Source: the human T2T-CHM13v2.0 reference genome, Homo sapiens. Taken from it: a stretch of 64,000 bases of DNA. Positions 30,784-46,141 of the stretch are shown here, piece by piece. The DNA lies in the NCBI RefSeq assembly GCF_009914755.1, contig NC_060937.1, one strand, 5' to 3'. The position numbers were made by a program, and so were the translations under genes. The first letter of the stretch is position 1. The number at the start of each line of letters is the position of its first letter. The notes beneath the pieces were generated by a model, which was not told the origin of the DNA, did not search any database, and saw only the letters and a list, made by a program, of their open reading frames with translations.

Positions 30784-32050
30784 CCAATGGTTCTCAAGGG
30801 AGATGCTACACCTTCTAGAATGTGTGCATTTGGGAAAAAATGAGGAGGTACATTTTTGTTTATTGTAATGATTGGGATCTTTCACTAGAACTTAGTGGCC
30901 AGTTGTCATATTCTGACAATCCTGAAAACCAGGACTGGACACTGAAGGTGTACCCTGCATTCTACATGATTGCCAAATCTACTGCCACATTAGTTATTAT
31001 CTGAGCTTCTCTGAGACTAGACCCTTACTGTATTTTACATACAGACAGAAAGCAGTTTTTACATGGTTTTAATACATACTCAATTTTCCAGCAATGACAC
31101 TACCATGTAAATGGTGGGAAGACTGCGAAGTTTGCTCATAACTTTGTGAAGATCTGTTCACCATCACAGGACATGTTACCAAGGATGATGTCATTCATGG
31201 TATTGGGACCACCAGTTTAAGACATCCGAAGTAACCTGCATTTGTAATTACTGAAATTGTTGTTTTTACTGTGTCCAAATATATATATTCTCATTTAGCC
31301 ATTATTTTAAAATGTTGACTCTGATAGTCTGTGTTTAAACCATTTATTTATTTTTGGGTTATCTAGGCTTTTCTATACTACTTCCATAAATTGTACAATT
31401 TCTCTAGAGCTTCTTGTAGTAAAGCTTCCTTTTCCTAATCCATCCTTATTTTTCTGTGGCCTATGGAAGAAAATTATCTCTAATGTCTTTACATATGAGA
31501 CTAACCGTATACACTGACATGTGGTGGAATTTCAAGAATGCATATATGTTTTTGGTGATGCTTTGTTTCTACCCTGTCCTATTTTATAACATGAAGTTAA
31601 TTATTGTGACATCATACATAAATAAAGCCCAGCTCATTTGCAAGAATATCAGACTTCCTCATTTTCTCCACATTGACAGTGACAACTTGTCTTAGCATCT
31701 AATCTTGACTTTAATTAAGGTTATTTTATTCTGCCTTCTATCACACACTTACAAGTCTGCCTGTTATTACTCATCTCAGCCCTGGTTTCATTCTAATTCC
31801 CCCTTACCTCCACTCTTTCACTTACCTGTAACTCTTCTGCCAAATCACTTCTCATATTCTTACTTTTTTTAAATCCAAAACTATTCATTATAAGCATTGG
31901 GCTATTTCATTATATCTTCTAATGTGGCCAAGCTGAGCATTATATACTAAATACATTGTCATTTAATTATAAATTATTTTTCTTTTTATTTATTACACTT
32001 GAGGCATTATATTGGTTTTTGAAAATATTTGTATTTGCTATCTGTCCATT
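30784..32050. mobile_element. Probable hAT-Charlie DNA transposon remnant
   Basis: Begins caatggttctcaa (MER20/Charlie-like terminus) with a MER20-like 5' arm; extent uncertain. Confidence 0.4.
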
Positions 32051-32379
32051 TCCTTTCAGAAGGGTAAATAGAGTGTACTTATTTGTTTTAAAATTCTTTA
32101 TGTTGTATTAAGAGGTCACAGTACTCCTATTATTATGACAAAATATTCTTCGTATTTTCTATCTGAGACAATGGAATGTGTCTTACTCAAGATTACATAT
32201 AAAGAATGAGTTTTCACATTTTAGATAAAGTTAGAATACCTTGGCTTCTCCTTCTATTCTCAGTTTATGAACTTGTATTCACCATTAAAATGCTTTATCA
32301 TGCATGATTTGGGTACTCAGTAAATATAACTTTTAGGTAGAGGTGGTTATGAGAGCTCTGTATAGAACTAATTATTATC

Positions 32380-32640
32380 AATAATAACAATGCAAGTAAT
32401 AGCTATTATGTATTGATCATGTGCAGGCATCAAAATTAAAAGTTTCCATTTATTATTATCTCGTTTAACACTAATAATAATTATGCCCAATAGGTGCGTT
32501 GTTATCCATATTAATAGACGAGGAAAATGAGACGTACACAGATGGGTGCCTTGTCTTAATCACAAGGCTAGTTAAGTGACAGGGACCTAGACTCAAACTC
32601 AGGCCTCTCTATCCCAAATGCCCATATTTTCTGCCTCCAA
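32380..32640 (-). mobile_element. MIR SINE
   Basis: aatagctattatgtattga...agacgaggaaaatgagac...ctagactcaaactcaggc. Confidence 0.7.
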
Positions 32641-33008
32641 AAAGAATGTTATTCAGTTTTGTATTAACAAATATAAAACATAAAAATAATATTTTGGATT
32701 ACAGAGGATGGTAGGAGCACTTTCAATAAATCCGTTAAGGAAACCAATAATCCCTACAAATATTTTAAGTCAAGAGGATTTAAGGAGGGAAAGATAATAT
32801 AACCCACACTGGTGGCACGCCAGTTTTCACGAGCCATGCCATAAAGATATTCCCTTTTTTTCCACTTGAAATAAATTCACCCAATACTATTTTTCACGAG
32901 GGTCAAACCAAACAACAACTTGTGCTGTTCAAAATGGTAGCCAGTAGTTATATACAGGTATTGAGCATTAGAAATGTGGCTAGTCCGTAACATAAAAATA
33001 GACACATA

Positions 33009-33307
<299 letters not shown>

Positions 33308-34632
33308 TTAGACACATAGACCAATGGAACAGAATAGAGAACTCGGACATAAATCCATACATTTACAGCCAACTCTGCTTTGAGAAAGGCACTAGGAACA
33401 TACAATGGGGACAGATAGCCTCTTCAATGAATGGTTCTGGGAAAACTGGATATACACATGCAGAAGAATAAAACTAGACTGTTAGCTATCATTATATACA
33501 CAAAATGACTTAATATGGATTAAAGACTTAAATGTAAGACCCAAAACAACAAAACTGCTAAATGAAAACATAGGGGAAATCTTCATGTCATTGGTCTATG
33601 CAAGGATTTTTTTGATAAAACCTCAAAAGCATGGGCAACAAAACAAATATAGAAATTAGATTACACCAAACTAAAAAGTTTGTGCACAGTAAAGGAAACA
33701 GCAGAGCAAAAAGACAGCACACAGAGTTAGAGAATACACTGGCAAACTATGCATCCGAAAAGACGTTAATATTAAAAATATAAAAGGAACTCGAAAAACT
33801 CAACAACAATGAAAACCCCAATTAAAAAATGGACAAAAGACGTGAACAGATATTTCTCAAAAGAAGACATACAAATGGCCAACAGACATATGAAAAAATG
33901 CTTAACATTGCTAATCATCAGAGAGGTGAAAATAAAAAACACAAGAAGAGATCATCTCATCCCAATTAAAATGTCTTTTATCAAAAAAACAGGCAACACA
34001 TCAGTTAAAAAGCTTCTGACAGCAAAGGATACAATTAACAAAGTGAAGAGCAACCTACAGAATGGGAGAAAATACTTGCAAACTATCCCTCTGATAAGGG
34101 ATTAATAACCAGAATATACAATTATTAGGAGCTTTTTAGGAGCCCAAACAACTCTATAGGAAAAAATGGAATAATCTGATCACAAAATGGGCAAAAGATT
34201 TGAATAGACATTTCTCAAAAGGAGACATGCAGATGGCAAGCAGGCATATGAAAAGGTGCTCATCCTCATTGCTCATCAGAGAAATGCATATCAAAACTAC
34301 AATGAGATATCATCTTACCCTAGTTAAAATGGCTTATATCCAAAAGACAGGCAATAACAAATGCTGGCGTGAATGTGGAGAAAAGAGAACTCCTGTGTGC
34401 TGTTGATGGGAATGTAAACTAGTACAACCACTATGGAGAACAGTTTGGAAGTTTCTCAAAACACTAAAAATTGAGCTACCATATGATCCAGCAATCCCAC
34501 TGCTGGATATAAACCCAAAAGAAAGGAAATCAGTGTATCAAAGAGATATATGCATTCCTGTGTTTGTTGCAGCAATGTTTACAATAGCTAAAATTTGGAA
34601 GCAACCTAAGTGTCCATCAACAGATGGAGTAA

Positions 34633-34872
<240 letters not shown>

Positions 34873-35212
34873 AAAGAAAATGTGGTACATACACACAATG
34901 GAGTACTATTCAGCCATAAAAAACAATAAGACCCTGCCATTTGCAACAACATGGATGGAACTGGAGATCATTATGTTAAGTGAAATAAGCCAGGTAGAGA
35001 AAGACAAACGTTCCATGTTCTCACTTATTTGTGGGATCTAAAAATCAAAACAATTGAACTCATGGACATAGAGAGTAGAAGGATGGTTACCGGAGGCTGG
35101 CAAGGGTAGCAGGGTGCTGGCAGGGGAGGAAATGAGGATTAATGGATACAAAAAAATAGGAAGAATGAATGAGACCTACTATTTGATAGTGCCACAGGGT
35201 GTGCCATAATAA

Positions 35213-35550
<338 letters not shown>

Positions 35551-36959
35551 TTAATTGTACATTTTAAAAATGAAAAGTAATTTGTTTGTAACTCAAAGGA
35601 TAAATTATTGAGGGGATGGATACCCCATTCTCCATGATGTGCTTATTTCACATTGCATGCCTCTATCAAAATACCTCATGTATCTCATAAACATATACAC
35701 ATACTATGTACCCAGAAAAATCAAAAATTAGAATACATTTTTAAAAGACAGGCAACAATAACAGATGCTGGCAAGGATGTGGAGAAAGTAGAATTTGTGT
35801 ATAAGGTTGGTGGAAATGTAATTTAGTACACTATGGAGAACAGCATGGAGGTTCCTCAAAAACCTAAAAATAGAGCTACCATATGATCCACCAATTCTAC
35901 CACTGGATATATATCCAAAAGAATGGAAATCAATATGTTGACAAGATATCTGCAGTCCCATGTTTATTACAGCACTATTCACGTAGCCAAAATGTGGAAT
36001 CAACCTAAGTGCCCTTCAATGGATAAATGGATAAAGAAATGTGGTATATATACACCATGGAATATTATTCAGTCATAACAAAAATCCTGTCATTTGCAGT
36101 AACATAGATGGAACTGGAGGTCATTAGTTTAAGTGAAATAAGCCAAGCACGGAAAGAAAAATATTGCATGTTCTCACTCATGTGGGAGCTAAAAAAGTGG
36201 ATCTTATGAAGACAGAATAGACTGGAGATTACCAGAGGCTACAAAGGATAGAAGGGAGGTGGAGGTGAAAAGAAGTTGATTAATGGGTACAAATATAGAG
36301 TCAGATAGAAGAAATAAATAAAACCTACTATTCTAGATTAGTAGGTGGCTATAGTTTACAATAATCTATTCTATATTTCAAAATAGCTAGAAGAGAACAA
36401 TTTGGATATTTCTAGCATAGAGACAAGACAAATAATTAAGGTCATGGATATTCCAATTATTCTACTTGTTCTTTACAAATTATATGAATGTATTAAATTA
36501 TCACATATATGTGTGTAACATGGAACTGTGTATATCTATTGCGCATAGATAAAACATCGTTTAATAAAAAAATGTGGCAAGTCTGAATTAAGATGTGCTG
36601 TTAAGTGTAAAATACACCCCAGATTTTTAATACCTATTATAAAAAAGAATACAAAATTTCAATAATTTTTATTTTGATTATATGTTAAAATGATATTTTA
36701 GAGATACTGGGCTAAATAAAATGTTATTAAAATTATTTTCACCTGTTTCTTTTATTAATGAAACTTATGGATAATTTTAAATTACATATTTGACTCACAT
36801 TTGTAGCTCACATTATATTTCTATTAGATGGCACTGTTGTGGAATAGATGTCTTTGAAAATAACTAGGCTTAAAATCGAATCATGGGAAAAATTTTTTTG
36901 AATATCAAAAGCAAAACATTAAGCAATACCCAATACTAGAGTGTTAGAAAATTTATTTT

Positions 36960-37600
36960 ATTAAAGTGTTGGTCTTAGTTTTTCCTACCAGTTAATAGAC
37001 GTGCAAAATTTAACACACCATTTAAAATCTATTAACCTCAGTTTCTGTAAAATCAAGATAATAGTGATATTGCTTACCTCACAGGGTGGTCATAAATATA
37101 AATGATTATTTGATTCATTCAAAAAATATATCAAAGGTCTAACATGTGGTGGGCCAGGGATACCAAGAACATAAGTTGTTGTACCTTCCTCCATGGGGTT
37201 TACAATAGAAATTACAGAATGTTACAGGGGCAATGACGGAACCATTACAAAGTATCTTGTGACTGGCACTCTGCTTAGGGATCAAGGGAAAGTTCAGCAG
37301 AGGACTTGGCCTCTGATCCGGCCCGGTGAACCTGAATCAGAGTAAGCCAGGTAGAGAAGTCAAGGAACACCTTGTCTTCAAGTCTCTGAGGTATAGAAGA
37401 GCAGGATATGCTCAAGGAAAAATAGGGGTGATTAAGGTGCTGGGAAGTAAAGGAGGAGAGGTAGTGCCTAGTTTGCAGTGTGGACGGTCCTGGTTGGAAG
37501 GTTCTGATGCTGGGAGAGAGAGGAGAAAAGAGGACCCACAGTCACTTGCGAGCTTTTCTGATGGTGCCTATATTCTAATATAATTTTGGAATCTTTCTTT
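36960..37600. mobile_element. MIR (+) followed by L2 (-) fragments
   Basis: aacctcagtttctgtaaaatcaagataat...cttacctcacagggtgg; attcattcaaaaaata...ggggtttacaat. Confidence 0.55.
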
Positions 37601-38762
37601 TCTTCTTAGAGAAAAGATGTTAGAAAAAGTTAGAATACAAATGAACAGGATTTAATAGAATAGTATTTAATAATTAGTTTCTAGAAAAATTATGTGGAGT
37701 GATTTTTTTTAACATCTGCTCAGCTCTTTAGGTTAGAACAGTGCCTCATGAAAGGGTCCACATTCTCAACAGGACAATTGCACGGTTGCCTGGGGGAAGG
37801 GGCAGCTTCACAAAACAACCTAAGCCTATAAGAAGTCATTTAAATCTACCAATATTTCCAAAGACTGAATTAGTTGCCAGAGATTAATGTATTTCAAAGT
37901 TATCTGCTAGACTGCAGTCAGTACGATAGGTGATTTAAAATTTTCTATGGTACTATATTTATTTATATGAAAATCACAATGAAGATAATGGGGTATGAAT
38001 AGTACTTTCAAGATTATATGTTTGCACATAACATACTTATAAAAGGCATTTTCAGAAGCAAAAATTATGGCTGCTTTTTAATGTTTGTATTTTCTTTAAT
38101 GCAACACAGATTTGCATTAATCTCTTAAAACAGAGATTGCTGTTTCAAGAACAATAAAAATAAACATTAACTAATCTCAAAATGATTTAGAAGATGTGGG
38201 CATACTATAGAATCTAAAAAAATGAAATAACGCTTTATTTTCACCATTAAATTTATATTACTTAATAAAACAATATGCCATAAATAAAAGTAGAGAGACC
38301 CATTTTTTAAACCTCAGACAGATAAAATCATGTTATTGAATAGACAATTTTTATTGTTTTCCTTCCAAATCATGGAACAAATGAGAAGATTAAAAGGATG
38401 TTTTTCAGCAAACGTCTGTTATTGACAACAAATGGCTTTGAACAACAAAATAAATTGATACTTCGGTGCTTCTGATTGAAGAAAGTATTGATTATACTAA
38501 AGGATTCTTTTAACAAGATAATATTGTTTCTCTTTTGCCAACAAAGTTCCTACTAAGTATTGTGATTACTTTCTGCTTTCTGGTCATAATCTCATCTTTT
38601 CAAGGTCTCTCATCCTCTAGAAGAACTGCTCCTATCTCCCAGAAGACCTCAAAAGGGAGAAACCAGAAACTGCTTTGTCTTTAATTAGAATTTGTTCAGG
38701 TCTAGCTTCCTTCAAAGACTCTCTAGAAGCAACAACAGCAACAATCTCTATTACATTGGGTT

Positions 38763-38958
38763 CCAGAGGAAGATGTGAATCAGGCAGTTTTAAAACACAA
38801 GAAAGAATCACCAGGAATCACCTTGCAGGAGTCAACAGTGGGTCAGGGTCACATCCTCCTGCTACGTCACGTTCCGCCTTCCATCTGCGTATGCGGAGGG
38901 GCCCCTTCAGTATGACTACCATATTACATCTCTGCTAAAACAGAGATCAGACCTCTTG
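38763..38958 (+). repeat. Copy A of an unassigned direct repeat of about 190 bp
   Basis: Aligns with 42191-42350 plus 42815-42845 at roughly 85-90% by eye. Confidence 0.9.
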
Positions 38959-39404
38959 CGTTCTGTAGTTTTGTTTTTCAGAGAGCATTCTCTTGTGAAC
39001 ACTGAGTATTTACAAGGAACATTCAAAGGAGGGTTCATTAACTATAATCATAAAAATAATGCTTCCTTGATTTTAAAAATATGGCCTGTGTCCCTGTCAT
39101 GCCCACCCTCTGAGTAACAGCAGAAATATCATAGAAAATGGCTGTGTATTTGCCCCCTCTGTGTATTTCCTTATTCTCTTCCCCCATTTGTGATGAGTTC
39201 CTTCAGGGAAGGCACTGTTTTTCTTCTATGCATTCCTTGTAATGAGTCACAATGCCCACTCAATAAATTTATGAATCCATACACAGTAGTAGAAGTTTGT
39301 GGATGGACAAGCAGTAGCAACTTAGTCAATAGTCAGCCCTCCATGATATTCTTTGGAGAGTATTTGTTTAGTGAAAGGTACACAGTCTTAGAAATCAAAC
39401 AAGA

Positions 39405-39860
<456 letters not shown>

Positions 39861-40099
39861 TTAATGAATATACATAAAGAATGTCAAAGTCTCATAATGC
39901 TTTCTTGGCTCATGAAAGCTCTCAGTCAATACGGATCTGTATTCCTCTAGTATCTTGGAATTACTCTCTTCAAACTGGGGTATTCGGCAATGTGCAAAGA
40001 GGGCCACAAAGCCACCAGATAAACACGAGATCTTCCTGCTGCATATACGTTTCTTGGTGGCACTTAACTTTATTAATATAACAGCTATTGTTTAGGAGT

Positions 40100-40430
40100 T
40101 CATTTAGTCAGCAAATGTTTTTGAGCACCTGTTGTATGGCAGCAGTCTATTGGGAGCAAGGGATAAAATAGTGAACAAGACATGGACTTTCTAGCCTATT
40201 GGAAAGGAAGAAAGGAAGGGAGAGAAGGAAAGAAGGAAGGAAGGAAGGAAGGAAGGAAGGAAGGAAGGAAGGAAGGAAGGAAGGAAACTATAAGTTCTGA
40301 CAAGTGCTCTGAAGAAATAGAGATTGCAGCCATAGAAACTAGTTGGGGAAAGAGTCAACTTCTTTAGCTAGAGTGAGCAGAGAAGGATTTTTAAAACAGG
40401 TGGCATTTAGGTTTCAAGAGAAGGAGACAG
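40100..40430 (-). mobile_element. L2 3' fragment
   Basis: ttcatttagtcagcaaatgtttttgagcacct...atagtgaacaagaca. Confidence 0.7.
40201..40286 (+). repeat. (GGAA)n microsatellite
   Basis: 13 consecutive GGAA units at 40235-40286 plus degenerate purine lead-in. Confidence 0.98.
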
Positions 40431-42190
40431 CCAAGCTAAGTTATGGGACAGCAATGCTGAAGTCACCTGAAATCTTAAGGCCAAATATAAATTTCATATT
40501 TGTTAGTAGGGCAGGTTCCTTGACTTCTCTGCTACTCAAGGCTCTTCAGTAGATGTTTGGGGAACTTTGCCCGGAAGAAGTCCATGAATTCCACTGCGAG
40601 AGGTAGGAATGGTGGATAGAAAACACTCTCCTTTTCCCTATCTGTATTTAAGTTGGCAGCTTGCAAGAGCTAAAACTAAGTACTCAGAATAACTTTCAAG
40701 GGAATAAGCTGATATATCTCAACTATGGAGGGAAAGATTGTATTTTAACTAGATTTATAAAGCTCTTAAGCTTTATGTGGCACTTGCATTTCAAGATAGA
40801 GATTCCCACTAATTAAAATCAAATAAAACTAAGGTTCTTCTTGGCACACTTTGATGCTTTCTTTTTGCCTCATGTGGCTGTATTACTACAGAATGGTAAT
40901 TATCTCTCTACATATATAGCCATAGGAAATCACAATTTAAAAATCTTACTAAATTACTATAAATTTCATGAAATAGTTATAAATTTACTTTTTGAAAGGC
41001 TCTGGTTTCACTGGAAAAATCTAGAGAGATAATTTAATTTAGGCAAGCTTCTTGAAGGAGGGATAATTTTATCTCACTTTATCTTTGTATTGCTAATGCC
41101 TTGCACAGTGCAAGGGACATAATAATGTTCAACAGACACTTAATTAACTAAATTGAAGTTATAATTTCATATTGGAATTGATAAAGGGTACCAAAAATCT
41201 CTTTGGCTCAGATATTTGTCACTACAATTAAATTCTAGTGAAACAGAAGAATAGGTACACTCCATATAGTACATGATTTTCTTCATAATAATTGGATTTG
41301 GCTAGTACTTTTGATTTCCTACATACTCTATACTTCTAACTCTTGTGAAATTCTGTTCCTGACAGATCCTTCTATTCTTGATAATGTGCCTAACAAAACG
41401 CCATAACACAATGAAGCTGAGAAGGTGGGAAGTAATTATAGCTCTTGGAGGAAGGTTGAATAGCTATGTCCGTGAAGCGTCTTTTGAAACTGTTCTAAGA
41501 AGAGTTGTCCCTATTGCCCTAGTGACATTACTCAGAGAAAAAAATATATGATTTCTTCAGATGTGATTTTATTTTCCTTAGGTTTTAAAATTGTTTTCTA
41601 AACCAAAGAAAATTTTTTTACAATCTTTAAATGAATAGTATGTTGTGCACTAAGAATGGTACATCAATGTGAGATTCAAATATTCTTGACAGTGAAGAAC
41701 ACAGTAATTTGGCTGTAGTCTCCTATTGACACATTTAAAGAAATGATAATACATACAATGAAAAGAGGAATTAAAAAGCAAATTAAGTCAACCATCACTA
41801 CTTGGGTTAATTTTATAGTATGTGTATATTTAGGTATATATTTACTCTTCAAAAATAAATTAATTTTTCATTCCATTAAGCAAACTATAGTATAATATAT
41901 AACATTCATTTCTGTTGTGAATTTTTATCTAATAAAGGCCACAGCATAATAGGCATAAACTGGGAGGAATTATCCCACTGTTGCTACAGTAGATGTTTCT
42001 TTCATCACTAGGCTGAGATCTTTTGGTCCCAGTGGACAGCTTAAACTGCCTAGAAAAGAGTGGCATTCTCTCTTAATCTGTAGTGAAAGCAATAATGACT
42101 GGCCTTTAAACCACCTTATTGTGCCTGTGCTTTTCTGCTGGAATCTCTTTTACTTTGGGTTTCACATTTTACCCCCATCAGTGACTGAGA

Positions 42191-42845
42191 CCAGAGGAAA
42201 ATGTGAATCAGGCAGTTTTGGAACACAAGAAAAAAATCACCTCACAAGGGTCAACAGTGGGTCAGGGTCATATCCTCCTACTATACGTCACATTCCGCCT
42301 TCCATCTTTGTATATGGAGGGGCCCCTTCAGTCTGACTACCATATTCTGTTAAGGGAGGAGACCACCCCTCATATTGTCTTATGCCCAATTTCTGCCTCC
42401 AAAGAAAGAAAAAGTAAAAATTAAAAGGCAGAAATGAAATCCACAAGCAGACAGCCCAGTGCCACACCCTGGGCCTGGTAGTTAAAGATTGACCCCTAAC
42501 CTAATCGGTTATGTTATCTATAGATTACAGACATTGTATAGAAAAGCACTGTGAAAATCCCTATCCTGTTTTGTTCCAATCTAGTTACCGGTGCATGCAG
42601 CCCCCAGTCACGTGTACCCCCTGCTTGCTCAATCGATCACGACCCTCTCACATGCACCTCCTTAGAGTTGTGAGCCCTTAAAAGGGACAGGAATTGCTCA
42701 CTCAGGGAGCTCGGCTCTTGAGACAGGAGTCTTGCTGATGCCCCTGGCCGAATAAACCCCTTCCTTCTTTAACTTGGTGTCTGAGGAGTTTTGCCTGCGG
42801 CTCGTCCTGCTACATATCTCTGCTAAAACGGAGCAAAGCTCTTGG
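42191..42845 (+). repeat. Copy B of the 190 bp repeat, split by an LTR
   Basis: 42191-42350 and 42815-42845 are colinear with copy A. Confidence 0.9.
42351..42814 (+). mobile_element. Solo LTR, LTR2 family (HERV-E/Harlequin)
   Basis: 464 bp; taagggaggagaccacccctcatattgtcttatgccc start; TATA-like cccttaaaa at about 42675; AATAAA 42751; end ctcgtcctgctaca. Confidence 0.88.
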
Positions 42846-43183
42846 ACATTCCAATCAAGAAGCAATGATGGAAAGCCAAATTAGGAATGAGGGCAGTTGA
42901 CTTTACATTTTACAAACAGCAGAAAGGAATGAACATCAAAAGTTTAAATTATTAATGATTTAATTTGAAAGATGAGGTTAAAAAAGGGGGGATGACTGTA
43001 ATTAAAAAACCCAAACTTATGGACTGCTTTGTATCTGCATGGAAATTGGAATTAGGCTTCTATAATTCTCCTTTGATTTACATGTTCAGAAAAATTGTTC
43101 TCAGATATACTTCACCAATATTTCCTTCTCCCAGAGTGCTTTCCATAAATATTTATGTGAAAATCGATTTGACTGTCTTCTAG

Positions 43184-43315
43184 ATTTTCTGGCCTGCTTG
43201 CTTATTCGATTTTTTCCCCTGCCAAATGAAGCCCTGAATGACAGAGTGGTTAAACAGCGAAATATTCAGGCTGTAGTAGACCGAACTCTCATGCACGATA
43301 CCTGAAGACCCACAG
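43184..43315 (+). other. Candidate non-coding exon
   Basis: Acceptor gactgtcttctag|, donor CAG|gtaagc, 132 nt, several CpGs, stop codons in all three frames. Confidence 0.4.
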
Positions 43316-45325
43316 GTAAGCTCCACATCCAATCTAGGACTATTAAACCACTTCAGAGCCTCCATGGCTGAACTTCCTCACAGAGATGTAATTTGTTAGA
43401 AAAGTACTTGTCATTTCCACCCAGAAGTCAACTACGGTTGTTTCTTACTTTCTTGATTGTAACTTTTACATGGTGAAAAATATTCTTTTGCTATAATAAG
43501 TTGGATATACTTATGAAATGAAGAAAATAGACCTATTATTCTAGTTATCAGTTCTCCAGGGGAAATACTTTGATTGTCTAAAAGCTTCACAGGCTGCTCA
43601 TTAGTGTAAATCCCTTTTTTGGTCATTTCTGAAGCGAAACACGTTCTTTGCTGATGTAAATGCAGTATCAGCTCCTTTAATTCAAGTTGGAATTTCAACA
43701 AGAGAGACGAAGCACAGAGGGTTCTACTTATGTCATAATTTACTATTTGGACACATTCATATGATTTTAAAAGAGGTCTGTGCTTATTTCCCACTTAGCT
43801 GCCAGGTGGTTGAGGGTTATATATAGTTGAAGTCCCAAATATAAAAGTGGTCATGGACAAAAATTATGCATAGTTGATGCTACAAGCATTTCTCAGAATG
43901 GCAAGAACAAATTCTGCTTGGTTGTTTAGTGGGAGAGCTGATAGGTTCGGCACACTCACTAAAGACATTTTCCTGACAAAGTTCTAGCCAGTCATTTTTG
44001 CCTGGAGGCCCAGTGTAAAGGCCTCCTTGCAAATCTCCCCAAGAGCTGAAGAACAGCAGATGACTATATCCCAGAGATCCAATGCTCATCCTAAGCATAA
44101 GTGAAGCTGAGATCTTGGGTGTCTGAATAATGAACTGAAACTGGTTCTCAGCAGATTATAGAAAAATGAGTGTATAAAAATGGAAATAATGCTGGCACCA
44201 ATGCAGATAAGGGTAGCATCAGACTATTGCTTTTAGAGGCATTATTTGACAAGATACTTCAAAATTGGGCTTTAAAGATATAAACTCAGAGAAAAGTGTT
44301 AACTTTCAAGTCTAGCAATACGCTATCTACAGGATATGAAGAATACATGCAGTGGAATCACATAAAGGGCTTTGAAGGGGTTCCTTTCTATGTATAAGCA
44401 TGTAAATGACCGTATGAAGTGAGGACTGATATGGAGATTTCAGAATGTCTTATCCATAATGACTATTCAAATGAAAAGTACAACAACAGCTGCTAAAGAG
44501 TTGGTAAGAAGTGGTGATTCAAGATTGGTTAGCTGTTAGTTTACATAGTCATTAAAATAAGATTCCACAAATAAAGCTGCCAAGTATTCAGATTTATACA
44601 GAACATTTCCAAATACAAAAGCTATACAAATAAACCACTACCCTCATATATGCCTTATTTTCAAGAGGCCTTACCTTCGAAGCAGATGTTTCAGTAAAGG
44701 TGCAATCTTTTATTTAATTCCTATTTAACTTACAAGGTACATTTCAAGATAAAGACTGGTTATGCAAAGCAACTTCTTTCTGTGTAAAATCAACTTTACA
44801 AAATGGAGATAAACTCAGCAGCATGGCTGCATGAGGACCAGAGAAAACCCAATGAACTTTTCCAATTTTCAAAATGCAGGTCAAATTCTGATTTAACATC
44901 ATACTGTATCCATCAACTTTGCATCCATGATTCAGCAACACTTATGGCATGTTTAAATTTATAGGGATGAGGCAAAGCTCTCCAAACAACTTTTATACAT
45001 AAACAGGAAAACATTTTCTCAGGGAGACTTACCCACTCTTTCTTTGGGTCTCTTATCAGAGAGCACCTGTAAAAAAACAGTATCACTCTTAATATCTCAA
45101 AATTATACCACTTTTGTGAAGAATATTGAGTTTGAGACAAAAAATAAGATTGTAAAATTAGAACCAAATGGCCTCCAGAAATGAAAATAAAATGCCAACT
45201 GAGGCATGAAGATTGAATGATTTTAGGAACTACACAAATCATCAGGAATCATAAAAGTCATCAAAATACTCATTCATGGGGAAGACGCATTAAATGTATT
45301 TTTCTCTGACTTAAGTAAAGATTTA

Positions 45326-45631
<306 letters not shown>

Positions 45632-45729
45632 TTACATGATACCATGTGTCTATTTAGTAACTGAGAAGAAGACTAAAGTCTAGTTTTAATCCACTGCTCC
45701 AGGGCCCTGGTGCCACCAATAGTCTCCTT

Positions 45730-46107
45730 AGTGCTAAAGCCAGGCCCTGCGTCACTGTGTCTCTCAGTGACATCACAGGCCCTAACTCAGCTGACTACTC
45801 CTTCCTTCTGCAACTTTATCCTTCTGGCCTTCTGAATCCCATGCTGTCCCTGCTGTCTTTTCTACCCCTCTGCTTGTTCCGTATCATTTTCTTGGTGGGC
45901 TCTCCTTTTGCTTGTGCCCTTCTTATATGCTGATTTCATTTACTTAAGTTTTATTTTGTCTTGTTAGGGATGGGTGCTGGCCCTTCTTCCCTTCTCACTT
46001 TGCACCTTCTTCCAGGGTGATCTCATGTACTTTCCATCCATATTCTGATAACCTTCAGGTTTAGATCTCCAACTTAGGTCTCTTTCCTTGAGCTCCAGGA
46101 AAACAGC

Positions 46108-46141
<34 letters not shown>

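Noticed and set aside
42341-42820. Clean target-site duplication for the LTR2
   Set aside because: Flanks (ctgt and tatc) do not give an exact 4-bp match; the insertion is inferred from colinearity with copy A instead.
43144-43170. Adjacent palindromes cataaatatttatg and aaatcgattt
   Set aside because: Short AT-rich palindromes are expected by chance in 64 kb.
43432-43794. 120-aa minus-strand ORF in unique sequence
   Set aside because: GTG start, no recognisable homology and no convincing exon boundaries; cannot be supported without a database search.
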